A stretch of 64,000 nucleotides of DNA from Planctomycetota bacterium (GTDB taxonomy: Bacteria; Planctomycetota; UBA8108; SXIK01): the NCBI GenBank assembly GCA_965223845.1, contig CBDCXR010000004.1, positions 1,824,001 to 1,888,000 of the forward strand, given 5' to 3'. Below, in pieces: positions 37,301 through 43,618 of the stretch. How positions within the stretch are numbered: position 1 is the first letter of the stretch; every line of letters starts with the position of its first letter. A program made the position numbers and the translations under genes. The notes under the pieces were generated by a model. The model was not told the origin of the DNA, searched no databases, and saw nothing but the letters and a program-made list of their open reading frames with translations.

Positions 37301-37908
37301 TCGCGGTCGAGGAAGGGACCTACACGACCGCGGCACACGGGTTCACGATGGAAGCGGTGAAACGCGCCAGCACGCGGACGGACAGCTACCAGTCGTGGCT
37401 CCCCCAGCCGTCGAGCTATCTGAACGCCTACGCCAATCCGGTCGTCATCGGTCAAGTGATGACGGAGAACGACGCCGCTTGGTCGGCCTTCTGGGCTAAC
37501 GATGGGTCGAACCGCCGCAATCCACCGACGGGCGGAGGATTTGGCGTGGGACTGCACGTCGGCGAGGATTCGAACGCAGCGCGCGCCAGCGAGACTCTCG
37601 GCTACATCGTCCTCGAAGCCGGCGCGGGATCGATCGACGGCATCTCCTTCGTCGCCCGCCTGGGGAGTGACATCGTGCGGGGCGTCGACAACTCGCCTCC
37701 GTACAGCTACTCCGTCTCCGGTCTCTCGAATCCGAGCGTCGCGATCGTAAGCTCGGCGGCGATGGACGGCGGAAACGGAGGTTGGCCGGCCCTCTACGGA
37801 ACCAACCCGGTCGGATCGACACTCGATCTCGCGATCTACGAAGATCAGATCCGCGACTCGGAACAGCGACACGGAACGGAGCAAGTCGCGTATGTCATCT
37901 TCGAATGA
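31330..37908 (+). CDS. Giant secreted copper-radical oxidase (galactose/glyoxal oxidase, AA5-like, plus DUF1929) fused to FN3 x5, two lectin-like repeats, PKD, YVTN/YncE beta-propeller and a di-heme cytochrome c peroxidase-like domain
   Basis: Signal peptide ending ARPVVA|DPTLGSW. Oxidase motifs NAFCGGH, RWYPS, YRGYHSEVVLLPDARV, ATHTQNMNQR, CPPGDYMLF. PKD: YSFDFGDGS...HSYPAPGRYTVT. Heme motifs CATCH and CAGCH, with DTPTLRGLWDGGPYLHDGSA. Start at the ATG with GGAGGG RBS (track starts at TTG 31315). Confidence 0.92.
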   Translation: MHRGAVVSRDPSRDRILVVRAVGIALACVLARPVVADPTLGSWGAVQALPWRPVHSVLLPTGKVLIYANTDVYTWDPVSETLTDTNDHGYNAFCGGHTLLADGRVFFTGGHIPGCNGLPNATYYDPWTDTFTPVPNMAGGRWYPSMVTLGNGDVVTMSGKLEDGSKNLIPEVWEVDAGAWRPLTTASLNLPLFPAAFLAPNGQVFLATSTSRFLDTSGTGTWTTGPTRLHSGRDNYGSACLYDVGKVLFAGGADAPTATCEVIDLNAPTPTWTAVASMPQVRRQHDVTILPDGRVLVIGGSSASGFNTEDGPKPAIVWDPASDAWTTWAMEAEYRGYHSEVVLLPDARVASIGGDGHPSLQVFSPPYLFQGPRPTISSAPVSVALGGTFFVETPDAAAIGAVNWLRPTAATHTQNMNQRINKLVFQPAPGGLNVTVPASANECPPGDYMLFLIDTNGVPSVAAWIVATEATAQQPPPTPTGLAATAGDAQAILSWNAATDATGYNVKRSTTSGGPYTIVAAGIPSTTYTDTNLTNGVTYFYVVSAVNAAGESGDSSEVGATPSLQPPGAPTDLEAIGNNGQVDLVWSAPTGTVDSYNVKRATTSGGPYGAIASGVGTTSYADTTVSNGVTYFYVVSAENTAGESPDSTEDDATPNAPPTPPANLSASPGSTQVLLTWNVSPLADSYNVYRATTPGGPYSGIAFTWPDTTFLDTGLSDGTPYFYVVTGVNDAGESEFSTEAAATPSGATAKLASGVVSGVGSDWQTVTLARSYDSMVVVASPNYGAGDLPAVARVRNAAGSQFDVKVQNPSGAALSGYTVHYVAIEEGVYTAAVDGVTMEAVKLTSTITDRNGSWVGENAVYQNGYLSPVVLGQVMTEADVDWSVFWASDGNAGNPPTAASFRVGKHVGEDSDTDRANETLGVLVLEAGSGVVEGIPFVAALGADSILGYDDSPPYSYAHGGPSDARAAVVSSAGMDGSNGGFPILYGSPALTSSSLDLAIDEDQIRDSERVHISEQVAYLVLGEQTLPPGIPSNLSAVGGTNRIDLTWSSAERADGYNVKRGTTPGGPYTTIASGITSNSFADTGLAGGATFYYVVSAVNTAGESADSGEATGTTTSPPVIHSFVGTANPAPVLSDVTFTLSASDADLDPLQYSFDFGDGSPATAFSPSTSAMHSYPAPGRYTVTGYVTDATSTVFTTLVQVIHLPLPAARPTVSTQILYDAGRGKIWNVNPDSDTVTRTGTSNLTKDFEVSVGAEPRSLTLRPDGSEIWVASEGADQLCVLDPQTGAVLAKLATPRGSRPMNVVFSPNGLTVYVTYMASGELARWDPAARTETGRVNLGSTPRAIAISSDSTRIFVGRFVSGPLEGEVREVDAASLTVTRAISLAHDTTPDSESSGRGTPNYLIQMAITPDEQRLWIPSKKDNTDRGLFRDGLVLTHDSTVRSIVSQVDLGANSEDLAARIDVDDHEIPYGVDFSPVGDLAFVAYQGNNSVRVFDRYEGTSIAEISLGAELAPQGLVVTPDGSRLFVMNFMSRSVSAFDIAGLVNGTRTDATELAVVSTVATELLPPDVLLGKQVFYNAADTRMTAAGYISCATCHLDGGQDGRVFDFTDRGEGLRNTVDLRGRSGTGHGNVHWTANFDEIQDFEHDIRGPFAGTGFINGPVNASLGAPNAGRSVELDALAAYVASLDSVGRSPYRMEDGSLSADGVAGRLIFQDLECAGCHSGTNFSDSNVATSGHVLHDVGTITAGSGERLGGPLTGLDTPTLRGLWDGGPYLHDGSAPTLLDVLTTANPIDQHGATSGLSAVELDQLVAYLLQIDDASDAAVPVRPTNVQAVGGNGVVLLDWDDVPGADSYSIRSSTVSGGPYGLVASGIVDSSFADSSVVNGNTYYYVVSADNAGGQGFDSDEVNATPGAIFAKLATGVIHDVGSDWVMVDLGQSYSSMVVVCTVAATPGQLPAVPRVRNASGSQFELKVQNPSGAVLSGYTVHSVAVEEGTYTTAAHGFTMEAVKRASTRTDSYQSWLPQPSSYLNAYANPVVIGQVMTENDAAWSAFWANDGSNRRNPPTGGGFGVGLHVGEDSNAARASETLGYIVLEAGAGSIDGISFVARLGSDIVRGVDNSPPYSYSVSGLSNPSVAIVSSAAMDGGNGGWPALYGTNPVGSTLDLAIYEDQIRDSEQRHGTEQVAYVIFE
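33574..37905 (+). repeat. Two diverged copies of a ~275-aa domain (33574-34401 and 37081-37905) inside the oxidase gene
   Basis: AKLASGVVSGVGSDWQTVTLARSYDSMVVV...HISEQVAYLVLG vs AKLATGVIHDVGSDWVMVDLGQSYSSMVVV...HGTEQVAYVIFE. Confidence 0.85.
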
Positions 37909-37933
37909 GAATCACAGCCGGAGAGGTATTCCG

Positions 37934-39721
37934 ATGACCAGACTCTCGAGCTCCGCTCTCCAGGTCACACTCGCGGCGGTCGTTCTCGCGATGACCGCGC
38001 GTCCACTCGACGCGGAGGTGCGGACGCTGCGATTCGGCATCGGCCTCAACTGCCCGTACGGACTCGGCGAATGTTGGCCCCAGGTCTTCGACGGGTTGCA
38101 GGGGCTTCCCGGCGCCGAGCTGATCGCGGAAGAGGCGAACGACGTCAACGAGACTTGCGTCGTCCGTCCCATTGGAGGGCGGATGCTCGATCCGAAGGCG
38201 ATCGCGGACTACATCGCAAAGATCCGCATCGGCGTGTGGCTTCGCGGAGTCGAGGCCACGGTCGACGGAAGATTGGAGCTGCGCGGCGAAGAGCTGGTCC
38301 TCGTTTCCTCGGAGACGGACATCTTCCGGCTCGCTCCTCTCGACCAGAAGATCGAGTACGACTTCCGCGGCAAGCGTCGCTTCGAGGCGCGCGCGGAGGA
38401 GTTGCTCGCTTTCGCGCGGTTGAGGGCGCAGTGGGACGGACGACCGCGGCGCGTCCGTCTCACCGGACCGGTCGTCAGCGACTCTGCGGGCGCCCCGTCT
38501 GAATCTGAGGGCCGCGAACGCCTCGTGCTCCAAGTCCGCGAGTTCTACTCGTTCGGGAGCGTGCCCCCCAGTGCGAAGGCGCTTCGCCTCGGCGTCCGCG
38601 CCAACAGCCCCTACGGTCTAACGGAAATCTGGGCCACTCTTCGAGCGACCCTCGCCGACTTGCCGGGTGTCGCGTCCGTCGCCTCCGGACCGGACGAAGA
38701 CACGTCGCGAATCGACGTAGAGACTCACGGCGAGCCTCCGAACCTCCGCGTGTGGTCCGAACGGGTGCGGGCCGCCAGAATCGGAGCTCAGCTCGCGGGG
38801 ATCGAACTCGCGCTCGAAGGGCGCATCATCAAGCGCCGAGGTCAGCTCGCTCTCCTTCGTGAGGGCGCTCGCGATCCCGTTTACCTGGCGCCGATTTCGA
38901 AGAACGTAGCGTGGGATTACCGTAAGCGCGCGGAGATTCTCCCGTCGACCGCCGAGGAGAATGCCTACTACGATCTTCTCGCGGCGTGGTCGCCACGCCG
39001 CCGCGAAGCGCGGGTCGCGGGAGTCTTCGTCGGTCGAGATGGCGAGTGGATACTCGAGGTGAAGGACTATCGCTGGACGGGTTTCGAAGGCCGAGCCGCG
39101 AATGCTCGGGACCTGAATCCACCTCGAGCACCGAGAACCGTCCGGGCTCGGGTGCTGAAGGGAAACATCGATCTTCGCTGGGCTCCGAACGTGGAGCGCG
39201 ATCTCGCCGGCTACCGCGTCTATCGCGCCGAAGAGGCGAAGGGGCCGTACGTCTGCATCGTGAAATCGCTCGTTCGGGACGCTCACGTCGCGCTCGACAC
39301 AAACGTAGCGAGTCCGAACGACTGGCTCTTCGTCACTGCGGTCGACCGCACGGGCAACGAGTCCGCCAAGTCGCGGCCGAGCTCAGCGGCACCTCCACAA
39401 GCGCCGGGCGGCCCGACGTTCACACTGCGCGGCACCGACGTCGCTCTCGATTGGAAAGACAACGTCGACCCGGACTTCGATAGCTACAGCATTCACCGCT
39501 CGACATCACCGGGAGGTCCGTACGGTGAGATCGCCTCGGTGATCTACGACAGTACCTACGTAAACGGCGGGCTCCGTCCCGGGAACGTCTACTATTACGT
39601 CGTGACCGCGATGGACAGTTCGTACAATGAGTCCGCGCGATCAACGGAGATCTGCGTGCGCGTGCCGGCGGCGCCGGCAGTCCCCGCGGTCGAGACACCG
39701 ACCTTGTCGACGAGAGAGTGA
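37934..39721 (+). CDS. Secreted protein with two HMA/ferredoxin-like repeat modules (CPYGxxxCW in the first) and two C-terminal FN3 domains
   Basis: RBS GAGAGG then MTRLSSSALQVTLAAVVLAMTARPLDA. Repeat 1: LRFGIGLNCPYGLGECWPQVFDGLQGLPGA. Repeat 2: LRLGVRANSPYGLTEIWATLRATLADLPGV. FN3 consensus at the C-terminus. Confidence 0.85.
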   Translation: MTRLSSSALQVTLAAVVLAMTARPLDAEVRTLRFGIGLNCPYGLGECWPQVFDGLQGLPGAELIAEEANDVNETCVVRPIGGRMLDPKAIADYIAKIRIGVWLRGVEATVDGRLELRGEELVLVSSETDIFRLAPLDQKIEYDFRGKRRFEARAEELLAFARLRAQWDGRPRRVRLTGPVVSDSAGAPSESEGRERLVLQVREFYSFGSVPPSAKALRLGVRANSPYGLTEIWATLRATLADLPGVASVASGPDEDTSRIDVETHGEPPNLRVWSERVRAARIGAQLAGIELALEGRIIKRRGQLALLREGARDPVYLAPISKNVAWDYRKRAEILPSTAEENAYYDLLAAWSPRRREARVAGVFVGRDGEWILEVKDYRWTGFEGRAANARDLNPPRAPRTVRARVLKGNIDLRWAPNVERDLAGYRVYRAEEAKGPYVCIVKSLVRDAHVALDTNVASPNDWLFVTAVDRTGNESAKSRPSSAAPPQAPGGPTFTLRGTDVALDWKDNVDPDFDSYSIHRSTSPGGPYGEIASVIYDSTYVNGGLRPGNVYYYVVTAMDSSYNESARSTEICVRVPAAPAVPAVETPTLSTRE

Positions 39722-40029
39722 GCTTGGACTGGCAAGACGAGGCGCCCGAAGCCGACCGGAATCCCTACAGCTCACCGGAAACGGACGCGTATGGAGACCC
39801 CCGGGCGAGCCCTCCCATTTTCAAAGCTTGGCTTCTCTTCTTTCTCGCGGCGACCTTCATCGGGTTCGGAGTCGGCCTGGCGGTAGGCGCCGTCGCCGGT
39901 GGGATCATGGGCACGGCGGGCGTCGACGTCCAGACGATCGAGATCGTCGGGCAGCTCGGTGGGTTCTTGCTCAGCATCCCGATTTCGTACCTCTCCTTTC
40001 GCTGGTCGGTCAGGAAGTACCTCCTCTGA
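39718..40029 (+). CDS. Small membrane protein with planctomycete-type NPYxSP N-terminal motif
   Basis: GTGA overlap with the upstream gene; DRNPYSSPET followed by two hydrophobic helices. Confidence 0.8.
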   Translation: MSLDWQDEAPEADRNPYSSPETDAYGDPRASPPIFKAWLLFFLAATFIGFGVGLAVGAVAGGIMGTAGVDVQTIEIVGQLGGFLLSIPISYLSFRWSVRKYLL

Positions 40030-40096
40030 TGGAGCGGCTTCGGAAGAGCTCCTCTCACGGCGAGCAGCGCGCGATTTCCGATCGGAGTCGGTCGTG

Positions 40097-43000
40097 ATGC
40101 GGACTTCGAGTCGGCGAGCAGTGACATTCCTTGTATGCGTCCACCTCGGCACGTCGAGTGCGATGCTCGCCGAAGACGAAGTGAGCGGCTTCGTCGCGCC
40201 CGCCGGCTTCTCGGTCGAGCTCGTCGCGGGCGACGATCTCGCGCACGACATTTACTCCATGACGCTCGACACGCGCGGGCGTCCGGTCGTCTCGGGCGCG
40301 GGCTACATCAAGACGCTGGTCGACCGCGACGGCGACGGACGCGCGGACAAAGCCGAGCTCTTCGCGGCTTGGCCCCCGGGTGGCGCGCATGGTCTCCTCG
40401 TGAGCGGCAGGGATCTCTACGCCTCGACCGGAACGGGTCTCTACCGGCTCTCGGATGCCGACGGCGATGGGCGCGCCGATGCGGCTCCGACGAAGATCGC
40501 GGCCGGGTACGGTGGCGGTGAGCATTCGTCGAACGGCATCGTCAAGGGACCGGATGGCTGGCTTTGGTGGATCCACGGAAACGACGCGCGCGTCAACGCG
40601 GAGCACATCACGACGAATCGATCGCCGGTGCGCGAAGTAAGCTGCGGCGCGGTGGTCCGACTTTCCCCGGACGGGAATCGGAGCGAGGTTTACGCGGACG
40701 GATTTCGGAACCCCTACGATCTCGACTTCGGTCCATTCGGCCAGTTGTACACGTACGACGCAGACGGAGAGCGCGTGCATCACCTTCCGTGGTACAGCCC
40801 GACGCGCGTGTTCGACATCGCGCAGGGGATGCACCACGGCTGGGTGCTCAGAAAATGGCAGCACGCATGGAATCAGGCGAAGTCCAACTGCGACAACGTC
40901 GAGCGCCTCTGCGAAATCGGACGCGGATCGCCGACGGGCGTCGTCGTCTACCGCCATCGCCTCTTTCCGAAACGATACCGCGATGGACTCTTTGTCGCGT
41001 GCTGGTCGAAGGGACGCGTCTACCATCTTCCGCTCACTCGGCGAGGATCGACGTTTGAAACGGAGCTCGAGGTCTTTCTCGAGACGAGCGGCGACGTCGG
41101 CTTCGCTCCCGTCGATCTCGCAGTCGGTCCGTCCGGAGATCTTTTCGTCGCGATCGGAGGGCGGGGAACTAGGGGGAGCGTGTTCCATGTTCGGTACGGA
41201 TCGGCAGCGACGGAGACCGCGCCGTTCGGATCGGATCTCGTCGCGGTGCTGCGCGCTCAGCAACCGCTCGCGTCGTGGTCGCGAGCGCAGTGGGTACCCG
41301 TGGCTCGGGTGCTCGGCCGCAAGCCATTCGAGTCGGCGGTGATCGACGAATCCCTTCCGGCGAAGGAGCGGATCCGTGCGATCGAGATCCTGGTCGAGCT
41401 TTTCTCGGGTCCGTCCGCGTCGGTTGCGGAGAAGCTTCTTTCGGACAGAGAACCGGAAATCGTCGCCCGCACGCTCTGGGCAGCCGCGTACGACGACACA
41501 GCCAGCGGCCGAGAGGCCGTCATACGATCGACGCGGAGCGACGACGCGCGCATCCTTCGCGCCGCCTGGGAAGGGGTCGCTCGGTTCGGAAGTCCGATCA
41601 ACCTCAACACCGAACCCGACTGGACGCGTGGACTCACCCACGCTGACCGGCGAGTCCGCGCAGCCGCGGTCATCGCCGCGCGTTCTCCGGGCGGTCGCGA
41701 CTCGTTCACGCGAAGCATCTCGCTCGCGTCCGCGCGGGATCCGAAGCTCCTCGTCGGATGGCTTCGCGGGACAGCGCCTCCTCGCGGAGAGGCGACGTCG
41801 TCGGAGGAGTGGTTCGGCGCCGCCGAGCGCGCTCTTCGCGAAGCAAAGGATCGAATGACGCGCCTTGAAGCGACGCGCATGATCGTCCGCGGGCTCGGCG
41901 ATATCGCGGTGGTGCAAGATCAGCCCCGCGTGACGGACGGCTTCGAGGCGAGGGACCCGGGCGTCCTCTCTGCCGCAACGCGCGTTCGCATCGCGCGTCG
42001 ACTGGCCGCCGCTTTGCCTTCTGGCGATCGAGATCTCGATCGCGAACTTCTTCGTACCGTCGCGATTCTCGCGGTGGACTGTCCCGAGGCCCTCGACAAG
42101 GCGGCTGCGCTCTGGACGCCAACCTCGGACGTTGAGGACGACATTCATTTTCTTCTCGCCGCCGGGCGGATCCGTGGAGAGCCGCCGGATGGGTTTCCGC
42201 ACGCAGCCGCGAGCGCGTTCGCGTCGCTCCACCGAAAGATGCGCGAAGACCGACGAGAGACGAGCCGATTCTGGCCGACGCGCGTCGCCGCGGCGTACCG
42301 ACAGCTCGCGGGCAAGGTCGAACGTCTCGACTTCCACCTCATCGCGGACCCGCAGTTCGGTGACGCCGAGCACACGCTGTTCCTCGATGCGATCGGGGAC
42401 GACACGACGAAGGCGAAGGCAATTGCGAAGCTCCTCGATACCGCGCGCGAAAGCGGGCGGTGGACGAGCGATCTCGTCCGGCACGTCGGCCGCTCGGGTC
42501 ATGCGGAGGCGCTCACGGCGCTGCGAGAGAGAGGACGAGATCCCGATCTCCGAGATGCGGTTGTGCTCGTGCTCTCGAAGCACTCGGACGTCGCCGATCG
42601 TGAACTCTTCATCGAGGCGCTCAGCTCGTATCGAAGTGACGTCGTGCGTGCAGCCGCACGGGCGCTCGCTAACATGAAGCTCAATCTCGGCCGGGACGAG
42701 CTCGTCGATGCCTTTCTGGCCCTCAGGCGCTTTTGCTCGCACGCGCGCGAGAAGAACACCCGAGAGGCGCTGAGAGGGCTTCTCGCCGCCGGGACAGGCG
42801 CCGAAATCGAAGTGCGAGAATCAGCCGACGGCGCGAACGCCCACGCTGCGCACGCACCGTGGTTCGACTGGCTCGGCGAGAATCATCCCGCGGAGGCCCG
42901 CGCCGTCTCGGCGGTCCAGGGCGCGAGCATCGACGAGATTCTCGCGCGCGTCTCTCCGGACATCTCCGCCGGCGACCGCGAGCGCGGCGCGCTCGTCTTC

Positions 43001-43378
43001 CGCTCGCAGGGCTGCTACGGGTGCCACCGCGGCGCTCGCCGGCTCGGCCCGGATCTCGATGGGATCGGCGCGCGGTTTTCGACCCGAGATCTCCTAGCCG
43101 CGATTGTCGATCCGGACCGGGACATTTCGCCCGCGTATGTCGCGACCGAGGTCGTTACAACGAGCGGAGAGGTTCATCGTGGCCTCCTGGTTTACTCGTC
43201 GCCGGCCGCGACGCTCATGCAAACGAACGCCGACACGACGGTACGTTTCTCCGCCGAGAATACCGTCAGCCTTCGCAAGGTGAGCTCGTCCTTCATGCCG
43301 AAGGGACTCCTCAGTGGTCTCACGGACGAGGAGATCGCCGATTTGCTCGCCTATCTGAGATCTTTGACGAAGAGGTGA
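40097..43378 (+). CDS. PVC-type membrane-bound dehydrogenase-like protein (beta-propeller, HEAT-like repeats, C-terminal CxxCH heme domain)
   Basis: APAGFSVELVA...DRDGDGRADK...GFRNPYDLDF...APVDLAVGPSGDLFV; RERGALVFRSQGCYGCH...LGPDLDGIG...SFMPKGL. Start moved from 39899 to the ATG at 40097 (signal peptide). Confidence 0.9.
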   Translation: MRTSSRRAVTFLVCVHLGTSSAMLAEDEVSGFVAPAGFSVELVAGDDLAHDIYSMTLDTRGRPVVSGAGYIKTLVDRDGDGRADKAELFAAWPPGGAHGLLVSGRDLYASTGTGLYRLSDADGDGRADAAPTKIAAGYGGGEHSSNGIVKGPDGWLWWIHGNDARVNAEHITTNRSPVREVSCGAVVRLSPDGNRSEVYADGFRNPYDLDFGPFGQLYTYDADGERVHHLPWYSPTRVFDIAQGMHHGWVLRKWQHAWNQAKSNCDNVERLCEIGRGSPTGVVVYRHRLFPKRYRDGLFVACWSKGRVYHLPLTRRGSTFETELEVFLETSGDVGFAPVDLAVGPSGDLFVAIGGRGTRGSVFHVRYGSAATETAPFGSDLVAVLRAQQPLASWSRAQWVPVARVLGRKPFESAVIDESLPAKERIRAIEILVELFSGPSASVAEKLLSDREPEIVARTLWAAAYDDTASGREAVIRSTRSDDARILRAAWEGVARFGSPINLNTEPDWTRGLTHADRRVRAAAVIAARSPGGRDSFTRSISLASARDPKLLVGWLRGTAPPRGEATSSEEWFGAAERALREAKDRMTRLEATRMIVRGLGDIAVVQDQPRVTDGFEARDPGVLSAATRVRIARRLAAALPSGDRDLDRELLRTVAILAVDCPEALDKAAALWTPTSDVEDDIHFLLAAGRIRGEPPDGFPHAAASAFASLHRKMREDRRETSRFWPTRVAAAYRQLAGKVERLDFHLIADPQFGDAEHTLFLDAIGDDTTKAKAIAKLLDTARESGRWTSDLVRHVGRSGHAEALTALRERGRDPDLRDAVVLVLSKHSDVADRELFIEALSSYRSDVVRAAARALANMKLNLGRDELVDAFLALRRFCSHAREKNTREALRGLLAAGTGAEIEVRESADGANAHAAHAPWFDWLGENHPAEARAVSAVQGASIDEILARVSPDISAGDRERGALVFRSQGCYGCHRGARRLGPDLDGIGARFSTRDLLAAIVDPDRDISPAYVATEVVTTSGEVHRGLLVYSSPAATLMQTNADTTVRFSAENTVSLRKVSSSFMPKGLLSGLTDEEIADLLAYLRSLTKR

Positions 43379-43532
43379 TCCGAGCGATGCATCAGCCGGA
43401 GCGAGACGCGCGATCTCATCGTTCCTCATGCCCGTCTCGATCCGTGCGCCGAGCTCTTCGTCCGTCGCAGACGAACTTCCGTCTAGCGCGTTCGCGATTC
43501 CGCGACGAAGCGATCCCCAGTTCGTACCGGCG

Positions 43533-43561
43533 TTGGCTCGCGACCGCCCGCTCGTTAGGAT
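43533..43561 (+). promoter_or_regulatory. Candidate sigma70 promoter TTGGCT-N17-TAGGAT
   Basis: Near-consensus hexamers with 17-bp spacing, 57 bp upstream of the kinase start. Confidence 0.4.
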
Positions 43562-43618
43562 AGTTCTGCCACGCGTGGTTGATTTCTCTGCAGCGGACCG
43601 ATCGGAGACGGGTACTCC

